From: Octopus sinensis
Taxonomy: Eukaryota
Direction: 5' to 3'
Assembly (NCBI RefSeq): GCF_006345805.1
Contig: NC_042999.1
Span: 139,128,001 to 139,192,000, forward strand
Length of the DNA: 64,000 nucleotides
The position numbers were made by a program, and so were the translations under genes. This document shows positions 38,819 through 46,286 of the stretch, piece by piece. Under the pieces are notes generated by a model. That model was given only the letters and a program-made list of their open reading frames with translations, was not told where the DNA came from and searched no databases. Position 1 is the first letter of the stretch; each line of letters opens with the position of its first letter.

Positions 38819-41800
38819 ATATATAAATATAATCAGTCACCACCTTTGCACCAACCTGATATATATATATATATATATATATGTCACTCCGTGAGTGTAG
38901 TGGGTGCTTTTTACGTGCCACCTGCACAGGTGCCAGGCAAGGCTGGCAACGGCCACGGTCGGATGGTGTATTTTATGTGCCACCGGCACGGAAGCCAGAC
39001 GAGGCGGTGCTGGCATCAGCCACGAGTCGGATGGTGCTTTTTACGTGCCACCTGCACAGGTGCCAGGCGAGGCTGGCAACGGCCACGGTCGGATGGTGTA
39101 TTTTATGTGCCACCGGCACGGAAGCCAGACGAGGCGGCGCTGGCATCGGCCACTAGTCGGATAGTGCTTTTTACATACCACCAGACCAGGGAACCTGGCT
39201 GGTTCAATTCGATTTCGCTTGCCCCAACATGTCTTCGCAAGCAAGGGGGTTGGCATGGGTGCCTGTCGTACGGTCAGATTGGTGTATTTTACGTGCCACC
39301 AGCACAGAAGCCAGTGGAGGCGGCGCTGGCATCGGCCACGAGTCGGATAGTGCTTTTTACATACCACCAGACCAGGGATCCTGGCTGGTTCAATTCGATT
39401 TTGACTTCGATTTCGATTTCGCTTGCCCCAACATGTCTTCGCAAGCAAAGGGGGGTTGGCATGGGTGCCTGTCGTCGGATGAGGTTCTATATCGACTTCG
39501 CTTGCCTCAACAGGTCTTTGTGTCCAAGGGAGGAAAGGCATTTATAAGTGGGCTGGGCTCACTTGTCCTGCCTGGTCTTCTCACGTACAGAATATTTCCA
39601 AAGGTCTCGGTCGCTGGTCATTTCCTCAGTGAGGCCTAAAGTTCGAAGGTCGTAAGGGCATCCAGCTGTAGAAACACTGCCAGATAAGACTGGAGCCTGG
39701 TGCAGCCTTCTGGCTTCCCAGATCCCCGGTCGAACCGTCCAACCCATGCTAGCATGGAGAACGGACGTTAAACGATGATGATGATGATGATGATATATAT
39801 ATATATCAGGTTGGTGCAAAGGTGATGACTGATTTTTTAGAAAACAATTTAGAAAATAATGTTTTAAGAATATCACAATGTGTAATTTATACATTTTTCT
39901 TTCAGATTCTGATTGTATTGACCATAATCTTCTGCTATATTTGCACCCATGTTTGTCCCATTCAAAGATCCCATTAGACGTGTCTTACTCTATGAGTTTC
40001 ATAAAGGTGTCAATGCAAGCACAGTAGTAAAGTCTCTTCAGAGAGTTTATGGCGATGATGTAGTGAGTGAAAGAAGTTGCAGGAGAAGGTCGTTGAAAAC
40101 AACTTGATTCTGAAGAGCTGGAAGCTGTTGTCATAGAAAATCCAACCATTACTTGTAGAGAACTTGTAGAACAATTTAACATAACTCATACAGCTTTTCT
40201 ATGCCAACTGAAAATCTAAGTAGGGACTTCAAACTTGAAATCTTCAAAGCCACAGTTGAACCAATTCTACTATATGGCTCAGAAACCTGGAAGTTATCAA
40301 AGAAGCTTGAGAAGCGGTTGGATGGAACCTACACTCGCCTCCTTATGAGAGCTCAAAATCTCTCGTGGAAGCGCCATCCAACCAAAATGCAAATATATGG
40401 GAAACTACCACTTGTGTCATCTCTTGTGAAAGGTAGGAGAGTCCAGTTTGCTGGACATTGTTGTAGAGTTGAAAAAGAGGTAATTTCTACTCTTCTCCTC
40501 TGGAAGCCATCTACTCGCAATACCAGAGGGCGCATACTCTCCTACCCTGATGTAATCTCCAGAGATACAGGCATCCAGCAACAGGACCTCCGTAATGCCA
40601 TGATGGACTGTGATGTCTGGCATAGCATGGTAAATTCCATTGTCTCGACCACGGTCGAACAATGATGATGATGATGAATGGGATATTGAAGGAATTGTCC
40701 ATTATCAAAAGTTATACAGCAATTAAACAATTACTGCTAATCTCTATTCTAATCAACTTCATAGTTTGAAAGCTGCTTTAAACAGAAAGTGACCCTGCTT
40801 AGTCAAAAGAAAGGGTGTCATCTTCCACCATGACAATGCTCATCCTCACACACAGGTGCAAAAAGTGGTTTTCTTTGTCCTGTCAAAAAATGATAAATCA
40901 TCTCCCTTTGGCCTACGACCTCAGCCATATCACACGAAGTTCAAATGGACAAGAGCTGACCAATTTAGGCACAATCTCTGATGCAGTATGTCTGTCATTC
41001 TAGCTGCCATAGTGGTTATAAAATACCGTGGTCAACAGAGAGAAAGACAGAAAGGCCTAGGACACAGACTAGAAAGGCCTAGGACACAGACAAGAAAGGC
41101 TTTGGCAGACAGACTGAAATGTTCATGGCACATTGGCAGATAGAAAGTATCATGGCAGACTACTTTCTCAGATGAACGATACACATGCACGCATGCACGT
41201 GCCCACACACACACACTCACACAAACACACACACACCCTCTCTCTCTCTCGCTCTTAGTTCTGACATATCACCTCCACAAATGTGTCCTTTTTCTATTAC
41301 TAACAATTCGTAGCAGTTGTCAACAATTACATGTAGTGAAGAATATTGTATACCAAAGGCAAATGCAAGTACAGTAAATAAATTATTTTAACTATGAATC
41401 ATTTATTTGTTTACTTCAAAGGCATCCACATACCTATCACATTTGTTCACCTTAACACATACTGATACACACTTAACCACTACACACACATATATATATA
41501 TATCAATGGACATTTAACTGCAGATAGCTACTAAACCAGAATTATATTTTATTTATATTAGTACATTTGTGTGCTATTATAAATTAAATTAAATCAAATA
41601 CCAGAATCACTGAATATAATATTTATTTTTCAACATTCCAATTTTAAATAGATTATTCTTTTATTCTGTAACTTGTCATTTGACTTCAGCCATGCTGGAT
41701 CACTACTTTGAAGGGTCTTTTTAGTCAAACAGGTCAACCCTATTACTAATTTGTAAGCCTAGTACTTATTCTATCGGTCTCTTTTACCAAACCACTAAGT

Positions 41801-44800
41801 TTGGGAATTATATTTTAAATATTATAAAATAATTTTTCTGTTAATGTTCTTTGTTTTGAATAATTAAATGAATCAAATTTATAACATCCTAATAATTTTA
41901 TATTCAGGTACTTATCCAACGACTTTACATGAAACGAAGGTTTATTTGTTAGAAGATTCATTTTGTAAGAAATATTATTCACGTATTGGTAATGCTACAT
42001 TTTGTGCCAATCATAGGGAAGACAACCAGCCAACATGCTATGTAAGTTAACTATTCATTTATGCAGTTTGTACTAAATATGGGATTATATAATTCCTTAT
42101 AGACGTTTTTTTTATTGTACAAAATGTAGAGTTGTTATTGTTTAGTAGGAATGATGTGACATGATCAGAGATATTTAATCCCTAACTATACCATCATTAA
42201 TGTATCCAGGGCAATGTTACCTCATGTCTCCATTCTTTTTCGTATGATTTATGACTAAGTACCCATAAATAAATGCCATTGTTGGCTTGAAGAAAAGTGG
42301 AGAGATGACTAGGCTGAATATGATATGACAATATAAAATTATAACTTTTAAGAGCAGTTGAGTAAAAACAACTCGGTGGGCTTATGTGAAGTTACATGAA
42401 ACAAGAAGGGCATTGCAGTGGGGTCAGTAAACCTGTTAAAATTAGTTACTGGATCAGCCTCAATTCACATCTTTTCTGCTTGAAAAGAATGGAAAGGCAT
42501 AATAACAATGATATAATCTTAAATTTGTTATGTCTAAATAGAAAACAAAATGGTCAATATTGGCATGTATTTCATATTAGGGGAATTTGATGAGGTTTGA
42601 ACATCAACTAAAAATAAATCTTTTGAAAAAGTAAACCAATTGGATATCCAGGTATGGTCATATGGTCAGATGAATCCTGGAAACATCTGCACTAGTTTGG
42701 ATATGTGATGTTGGGAATAGATGATGAAAATTGAGTGAAAATGTTTAAGGAGATGATAACTTATCAGTTTTGAAATTGGGCTAGTCACCTTCAATGGCAA
42801 GCTAAATTCCTTTCAGCCTTACTCTTCACAACTAATCTGTAACTAATATGGGCTCCATACATACTCCTTCATACAAGTTCATTCCTATCACAACTTACTC
42901 ATCTTGCAAGTTTTCTATCAGTTTCTCTATCATGTTCCAAAATTATTTTTCTTTTTAACACTTTGGTGCATCTCTGGGGCATATCATGACCTAGCATTCT
43001 GTAAGAATTTACTCCCTTCAAACATACTCAACACACTACCTGCAAACTCCCACAAAAAATCAGTACTTCAAAACTATGTGCACATTTTATACACTTTTAT
43101 CACAGTAATTTGTACTTCTGTTCCTGATTTTCTTTCCTTGATTTCTCACCACATGCCTTCCATTACATCTCTTACACTCAACATATCTTCACTCTTCTGA
43201 TCAGTGTCTCTTCTACTGCTTCTGATCTTAATGTCATTGTTCCTTCATTCCGTGTTAAAAATGTTACATACTGGTCTTCACAAGGGACATCAGGCATTTG
43301 ACTATCATGAGGAAGTAAATTTTTCCTGAGATTTGGCGAAAGGTTATGGCTCTTATGTGTAACCATTCTTGCCACAGGGTCCTTTTTGAACCAAAGTTTT
43401 AAAACTGGATAATTATCCTGATGCCAGCATTTTAGTTTATGCTTATGACTCATAAGGATTCAGTGTTCTGTTTTTAATTCAAGACACACATAGTAATGGA
43501 CAAGAGCTATTGAAATGGAGAAAGGAAGAAAGGGTAGCCAGGGTAGAAGGAGAAAGGAAGAAGTTTGTCAATGTTCTGCAACATGAGGGCTAGAAGTTTG
43601 AAGCATTTCAGATTGCAAGAGAGGGTGAGAAAGAGAACCATGTCGTTGTATGAGAGAAGTGTGTTTGCATGGATGATTGATCACTTGCAGTTAGTGATTC
43701 TACAAAGAAAGAGGCTTAGAAATGCTACTATGAAAGGCTGCTAAACATAGAGAATGCATGGCAGAAGGAGAGTCTGCTTAATGTAGACCCAACAGAAGAA
43801 CCAACTATCCAAATTGACAGTAGCTTTGTAGATAAAGCAATTAAGAATATGAAGACATGGAAAGCCCTACCATCCAGTCCTTCAGGGATTACTGCTGAAA
43901 TGTTCAAAATATCAGGCAGAGGAGGATATGACCTAGTCACTCATATAGTTAATCAGTTATCCACAAGGGAGTCATACCCAAAGACTGGTGCAGCAGCATT
44001 ATAGTCAACTGCTACAAAGATAAAGGTGATGCTTTAGACAGAAATACGTGGGGTGAGTCAAAAAGTAATGCCATTTTGAGTACAGTCATATGTCTGTAGA
44101 GGTAGGCAATAATGGACTTTTTCCATTCAATATGGTAACAAGTCCCACTGTGTAAAACCAAGTCAAGAGAAATCAGTTTAGTTTTAGTGAGTCAAAGTTC
44201 TTTGAATAACATATGCTTGTATTTTAAAAGGAGGGATTTGAACTCAGAACGTAATGGCAGACGAAATACTACTAAGCATTTCGCCTGGCGCGCTAACATT
44301 TCTGCCAGCTTGCTGCCTTCACTTTTAAGCAGACTATAGTTACATTAGTATTGCTGTCTTACACTGTTTCTTTTATCTGATTTATTAGCTTGTCAAAAAT
44401 ATCCTAGAGAACCACATGACCAAATGTGCAATTCAGAATAAATTTGAAACAGTATGTAAACAGAAATTATTGAAGTTATAAAGGAATATTGTTTATAAAT
44501 ACTATAGATTTAGTTATATATCACCTTACAGATGTTACTGCTATTGGAACAAAAACTGTAATAACCATAGCATGGAATGTTATGATTCATCTTTTTAATG
44601 AGTTCTCTTAATACTTGTATTTCATTATGCAGTTATGGCTCAGTGTTACAGGGATATTTAATAATGATATCATTACTCTTCTTACACTCACCTAGGTTGA
44701 CAGTGGAGGCCCATTAGCATGCCGTGATACATATGGTAACTGGGTAATATATGGTATTACCAGCTTTGGTAAGTCCGAATGTACTGGACCTGACTCCTCT

Positions 44801-44857
44801 CCAGCAGCATTTACTGATGTCTCTAAATTGGTGATGTGGATTGAAAAAAATACATAA
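151..44857 (+). CDS. Multi-exon gene, 5'-incomplete: mosaic S1 serine protease, MAM x4 - LDLa - SRCR - LDLa - LDLa - SRCR - trypsin-like domain (enteropeptidase/corin-like modular class)
   Basis: 20 exons with GT-AG boundaries and compatible phases join into one open frame (3470 coding nt) ending TAA at 44855-44857. Motifs TAAHC, NDIGL, DSGGP, MAM CxF..C / DD-DS..C and LDLa C..C..CD/NG..DC.DG.DE..C read directly from translation. Confidence 0.93.
1499..1680. repeat. Compound (TA)n/(TG)n microsatellite. Similar tracts near 4200, 11790, 13095, 19660, 38410, 38770, 54325, 57240, 57985, 59085
   Basis: Directly visible. Confidence 0.97.
1690..2950 (+). mobile_element. Very AT-rich Penelope-family 3' UTR / pseudo-LTR fragment between (TA)n tracts
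   Basis: 2866-2935 matches the reverse complement of 11964-12030; shares the CTGAAGA...GAAAC..GTAGTGTTT motif with the repeats flanking the Penelope ORF at 52.7-55.2 kb. Confidence 0.65.
2571..2672 (+). ncRNA. Type I hammerhead ribozyme-like motif (Penelope-associated)
   Basis: CTGAAGA 2579-2585, stem II TGACTGTA/TACAGCCA, GAAAC 2654-2658, palindromic GATC, GTA triplet 2663-2665; stem I is only 2 bp. Confidence 0.6.
3368..3718 (+). CDS. Exon 2: MAM domain A, C-half (GDYLVF...[14 protein letters not shown])
   Basis: tttatag acceptor, gtaagt donor, phase 1-1, inside ORF 3313..3726; FYYYM, W..G, ALDDI..C motifs. Confidence 0.92.
3991..4428 (-). mobile_element. tRNA-derived SINE family A (with internal TA/CA microsatellite)
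   Basis: Reverse complement of the copy at 26641-27050; head GTGGCTGTGTGGTAAG...GGTTCAGTCCC. Confidence 0.88.
4440..4840 (+). mobile_element. Two tandem copies of tRNA-derived SINE family B (first is 5'-truncated). Further copies: 58738-58960 (+), 25845-26380 (-, interrupted), 44212-44320 (-), 49140-49338 (-)
   Basis: Shared GAGCTGGCAGAATCGTTAGCAC...GTCGACTTTGCCTTTCATCC core; (ATT)n tails. Confidence 0.85.
6170..6300 (+). mobile_element. Old RTE LINE relic
   Basis: Translates as [28 protein letters not shown], similar to the 40.2-kb RTE ([28 protein letters not shown]). Confidence 0.6.
6527..6685 (+). CDS. Exon 3: MAM domain B, N-half (CTFDNPLLC...[18 protein letters not shown])
   Basis: ttgtag acceptor, gtaaat donor, phase 1-1; classic TP...TGP..D MAM motif. 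Confidence 0.93.
7800..8400 (+). mobile_element. Penelope-like element 3' end: decayed GIY-YIG endonuclease C-terminus followed by tRNA-like segment and decayed hammerhead
   Basis: 7800-7975 translates [57 protein letters not shown] (R..EH..A.H..H..W..E..RK.KEA pattern); A box 8122-8132, B box 8167-8176; stems at 8280-8321. Confidence 0.75.
9390..9719 (+). CDS. Exon 4: MAM domain B, C-half (GFYIYAESS...[16 protein letters not shown])
   Basis: tttttatag acceptor, gtaata donor, phase 1-1; [22 protein letters not shown] motifs. Confidence 0.93.
11553..11651 (+). CDS. Exon 5: MAM domain C, N-half ([32 protein letters not shown])
   Basis: ttgcag acceptor, CDFEDGIC motif. Donor gtaatt chosen; the alternative in-frame donor 3 nt upstream cannot be excluded. 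Confidence 0.88.
12121..12226 (-). ncRNA. Hammerhead ribozyme-like motif, tandem copy 1
   Basis: Minus strand CTGAAGA-(75-nt stem II)-GAAAT-GTAC-GTA-GTGTTT; U-U at the first stem II pair, 2-bp stem I. Confidence 0.55.
12703..12808 (-). ncRNA. Hammerhead ribozyme-like motif, tandem copy 2
   Basis: Same sequence as 12121-12226 at +582. Confidence 0.55.
13542..13754. mobile_element. piggyBac-type MITE
   Basis: TTAA on both sides (13538-13541, 13755-13758); TIRs CCCTTTTGACACCA and CCCTTTTGTTACCA (12/14); partial related end near 46535. Confidence 0.75.
14055..14396 (+). CDS. Exon 6: MAM domain C, C-half, divergent (SYLFIYS...[14 protein letters not shown])
   Basis: ttttgcag acceptor, gtaaga donor, phase 1-1, open frame ending LD.I..C. 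Confidence 0.85.
14989..15126 (+). CDS. Exon 7: MAM domain D, N-half ([13 protein letters not shown]...W...RPKLDHS)
   Basis: aatttcag acceptor, gtaaaa donor, phase 1-1; CxFE..CG..W..P..DH motif. Confidence 0.92.
15627..15929 (+). CDS. Exon 8: MAM domain D, C-half (GLYV...[11 protein letters not shown]...[13 protein letters not shown])
   Basis: ttctag acceptor, gtaaga donor, phase 1-1; CL.F.Y and A.D.V..C motifs. Confidence 0.92.
16477..16590 (+). CDS. Exon 9: LDL-receptor class A repeat ([36 protein letters not shown])
   Basis: Six cysteines plus DG.DE acidic motif; gtaagt donor; acceptor tttaaaag is purine-rich. Confidence 0.93.
18618..18765 (+). CDS. Exon 10: SRCR domain 1, N-half ([26 protein letters not shown]...ICSEFEV)
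   Basis: attacag acceptor, gtaaat donor, phase 1-2; RLVGG...G.VE..IC SRCR start. Confidence 0.9.
19708..19894. repeat. Near-perfect 187-bp palindrome (92-bp arms, 3-nt loop)
   Basis: Arms 19708-19799 and 19803-19894 are reverse complements with 3 mismatches. Confidence 0.93.
20923..21065 (+). CDS. Exon 11: SRCR domain 1, C-half ([31 protein letters not shown])
   Basis: ttattacag acceptor, gtaagt donor, phase 2-1 completes exon 10; cysteine-rich. Confidence 0.87.
21290..21812 (+). mobile_element. 5'-truncated CR1-clade LINE 3' end with (ATT)n tail
   Basis: ORF 21319..21624: TRGH..K......[14 protein letters not shown]...S...FK, the CR1 ORF2 C-terminal motif. Confidence 0.85.
22383..22514 (+). 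CDS. Exon 12: LDLa repeat ([43 protein letters not shown])
   Basis: Six cysteines, CDG..DC.DG.DE motif, gtaagc donor, phase 1-1. Confidence 0.93.
22850..22960 (+). CDS. Exon 13: LDLa repeat ([35 protein letters not shown])
   Basis: Six cysteines, DC.DGSDE motif, gtcag acceptor, gtaagt donor. Confidence 0.95.
23070..24700 (-). mobile_element. Decayed L1/Tx1-clade LINE ORF2 fragment
   Basis: [10 protein letters not shown]....KSPGLNDL and [19 protein letters not shown]...[14 protein letters not shown] (RT domains 0-2) in ORFs 23427..23696 and 23208..23411; boundaries approximate. Confidence 0.75.
25624..25741 (+). CDS. Exon 14: SRCR-like domain 2, first part ([38 protein letters not shown])
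   Basis: tttttccag acceptor, gtaaga donor, phase 1-2; IC...A..LC...G SRCR pattern. Confidence 0.85.
25983..26306 (+). mobile_element. Short RTE-type 3'-tail insertion. Related tails: 2960-3135, 11130-11335, 37235-37478 (+) and 690-830, 18870-19025 (-)
   Basis: GTGGTTGGCGTTAGGAAGGGCATCCAGCTGTAGAAA...CCCATGCTAGCATG...GTTAAAC(GAT)n shared among the copies. Confidence 0.85.
26641..27050 (+). mobile_element. SINE family A, near full length. Further copies: 24795-24948, 25301-25550, 51880-52130, 52143-52410 (+) and 41683-41800 (-)
   Basis: Mutual similarity of at least six copies in the window; GTAAAAGA tail. Confidence 0.88.
29265..29372 (+). CDS. Exon 15: SRCR-like domain 2, middle ([35 protein letters not shown])
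   Basis: Long pyrimidine tract plus tcag acceptor, gtaaat donor, phase 2-2, open frame; GC-richer than flanks. Confidence 0.75.
30624..30661 (+). CDS. Exon 16: 38-bp mini-exon closing SRCR-like domain 2 ([13 protein letters not shown])
   Basis: tttttcaatag acceptor, gtaagt donor; the only phase 2-1 candidate I found between exons 15 and 17; supplies the C...V.L.C pair. Confidence 0.8.
31404..32268 (+). mobile_element. Internally deleted mariner (DD34D) DNA transposon
   Basis: TA on both sides; about 27-bp imperfect TIRs (TGAGGGGTAATCAAAAATTATCTGCAC and TGAGGGAGAGACAAAAATTATATGCAC); [43 protein letters not shown]. Confidence 0.92.
32464..32632 (+). CDS. Exon 17: activation region and protease N-terminus ([55 protein letters not shown])
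   Basis: tttcag acceptor, gtaggt donor; WPW, TAAHC (His57 codon 32622-32624). Confidence 0.95.
32966..33266. repeat. 300-bp (CATA)n/(CA)n compound microsatellite
   Basis: Directly visible; source of the spurious YIHT/MCVY ORFs. Confidence 0.97.
34105..35157 (-). CDS. 350-aa gag-like/accessory ORF of the LTR element (from [22 protein letters not shown])
   Basis: First ATG after the PBS, stop-free to 34105; composed partly of internal repeats; no recognisable capsid or zinc-knuckle motif. Confidence 0.45.
   Translation of the reverse strand: MDLSGCQTGDEEISLALIVEMLRGQMAQTDAFVERMDRRRQGLWADQRELEVADGSALKDRCWNEDSDGPVGRDCPSNEASRETDSEGIVAEICDAGPAVFAEPGLVAEICDAVPKKSCDLEPVEVEVTKRPVEGVMADAVVPCLGPLASRPLSLGAQDEELARSGANVAESEVPALCVMVAAGAMPCAGPLVSGPLSLGAQRDCMVPTVERPQAWMDWRPSVCVVRPAGRKLVRKRARPVDEARRLRTVVGPPRPGRLLQRWVSFVVDGCLGPVEPDRQCLVKARLRVGWTLVEAEAGGALAGSADLLEVAQAICRRQIEESCQMANRGGASSADTATQLKELVAHGCS
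35198..35215 (-). promoter_or_regulatory. Primer-binding site TGGTGTCAGAAGTGGGAT, complementary to the 3' end of a tRNA-Leu (CAA-type)
   Basis: 18-nt match to the ...ATCCCACTTCTGACA-CCA 3' end of metazoan tRNA-Leu(CAA), recalled from knowledge and not searched. Confidence 0.8.
35218..36484 (-). repeat. LTR (1267 bp)
   Basis: 8-bp terminal inverted repeat TGTTACGG...CCGTAACA; lies 2 nt from the PBS. Confidence 0.9.
38130..38380 (+). CDS. Exon 18: protease domain with Asp102 (NNDIGLI...VQPICLP...CYVTGWG)
   Basis: ttcttctag acceptor, gtaagg donor, phase 2-1; Asp codon 38251-38253. Confidence 0.95.
38459..38768 (+). mobile_element. tRNA-derived SINE family C with MetaSINE-like central domain; second copy at 8940-9248 (-)
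   Basis: A box TGGCCCAGTGG; CTGCAATGGACTGG..TCCGTCCAG and CTGTGATGGACTGGCATCCCATTCAG cores; (TAAA)n tail. MetaSINE label is from recall. Confidence 0.7.
38884..39794. mobile_element. RTE-clade LINE 3' end with 5' inversion (38884-39656 on -, 39654-39794 on +, (GAT)n tail)
   Basis: Minus part encodes [31 protein letters not shown] plus a repeat-rich 3' UTR (130-bp and 186-bp periods); plus part is the tail also seen at 37340-37470 and 26165-26306. Confidence 0.8.
39806..40940 (+). mobile_element. Decayed mariner transposon interrupted by an RTE LINE
   Basis: TA + TIR TCAGGTTGGTGCAAAGG; [60 protein letters not shown]; right TIR not found. Confidence 0.85.
40205..40677 (+). mobile_element. 5'-truncated RTE LINE, ORF2 C-terminus intact, (TGA)n tail starting at the stop codon
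   Basis: ORF 40201..40665: [39 protein letters not shown]. Confidence 0.9.
41908..42041 (+). CDS. Exon 19: protease domain ([44 protein letters not shown])
   Basis: tattcag acceptor, gtaagt donor, phase 1-0; L.E..V....C...Y......FCA pattern. Confidence 0.93.
43480..44045 (+). mobile_element. Decayed RTE-type LINE ORF2 fragment (N-terminal to RT)
   Basis: [52 protein letters not shown]. Confidence 0.8.
44696..44857 (+). CDS. Exon 20, last coding exon, with Ser195 ([53 protein letters not shown])
   Basis: cctag acceptor; DSGGPL.C, GITSFG, WI motifs; TAA 44855-44857. Too short to appear in the ORF track. Confidence 0.95.
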   Translation, partial: VDSGGPLACRDTYGNWVIYGITSFGKSECTGPDSSPAAFTDVSKLVMWIEKNT

Positions 44858-45963
44858 AAATTTCATATAGTTATTTTTTTTACAATGTTCAAGGTTATTG
44901 AGTACTTCAATGTAAAATGACTTTATTAATTGCTTATTATTAATTATTTATTAATGTAGAATTATTCTACAATTTATAATCATCTAATCTAACTTGATGA
45001 TTTAGACTTCCGTCTGATTTCATGTCTTCTTATTTTCCTTTTGATTGTTTTCGTTATCAATGTTTTGTAAAGTTCGAATTATAAATGTAAACTTATAAAT
45101 GTAAAATGTAAACGAATTATATAATGTAAACTTCAGCTTAAACTTCAAGATATTTACTGTTTAATTAAACATTAATTTTCCTGGCAATACTACCAATCAT
45201 ATTCTTGTCTTGGGTGCTCCAAGGTAATTTCTTAGGGATGCTGTAATGGCATATAGTATGTTTTGAGCATTTTTAGACCTGGCAGAACCCAACTCTCTTC
45301 AAGTTTGGCAAATGTTGATTTCTTTTAGAAGAAAGGAAAATATCAGACATACAGAATGAAGGAGTAAAAAAAAAGAGAAGAATCTACCTCATTACAGAAC
45401 TGATACATTATTTCTTGAACCACAAATGATAAAGTTAATGCCAGTGGGATTTGAACTCGCAGTATAGAGAACTGGAAAATTATTGTTCAATAATCTATCT
45501 GTCACTCTAATGACCCTGCCAATTTACTGCTTCTATTAAATGCATTGCAACAGGTGAAAGAAATAGCAATTTTGTTAATTATGTTTATACATAAAATTTC
45601 ATTTGCACATGTAAAAGAAATTATTGTAAAATAATTTTAGATTCAGAAAGAGACTCAAGCTGGTATGAGAGTACAATGTACCTTCCTCAGTACACAGTCA
45701 ACTTGTCAGCTGTCTTACAACTACGCTTACATTCAGGAAACAAAAATATATTAGATATTGCAGTTATATTCATTCAGTTACTTGTTATGTTCTTCCTTTT
45801 CTCTTGTGGGGTTTAACTTTAACTCAACTAAATTTACCATAGATTGAATTTATTACAAATATATTTTGATATACATATTTGTGTAATGTATGGTGTCTAC
45901 ATGTTGTTAACATGTGTATTCATTAAAATATAGTGAAATATTCTCAATGATCAAGGATTTTAT

Positions 45964-45969
45964 AATAAA
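45964..45969 (+). promoter_or_regulatory. Candidate polyadenylation signal AATAAA for the protease gene
   Basis: First AATAAA I noticed downstream of the stop; position plausible only, no transcript evidence. Confidence 0.3.
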
Positions 45970-46216
45970 GTTTTTTAATTTTGTAATTATATATAAAAAA
46001 GTGTGATTATTGTTTCATTTTGATTGTGACATTGTACTGAAATTCTTTATTCTTTCCTAAAATTTCAAGAAAATACACTCACAATGATACAGTGGATACA
46101 TTTTGGATTAAAAGACATTAAATAATTATGCTTTGTATGGTTACAGGATAAAGACAACGATGCTTCCCATTGCTGAGTGGTTCATGGAGTAGAGCCAATC
46201 TATTTGAAAGCTATAC

Positions 46217-46286
46217 TCATTGCAGGAGTCGAGGATGATGCAGTGAGGAGCTCAGCTCCTCTAATGAGAGTGCCCACCTCTGCAAA
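46217..46286 (-). CDS. Candidate terminal exon for the ORF above (SLQRWALSLEELSSSLHHPRLLQ*)
   Basis: ttatttttctag acceptor, phase 2 matches, GC-richer island, AATAAA on - strand at 46046-46051. Confidence 0.22.

Noticed and set aside
38905-39400. Regular 65/130/186-bp repeats that could be mistaken for a CRISPR-like array
   Set aside because: No unique spacers, eukaryotic context, and they lie within an RTE 3' UTR.
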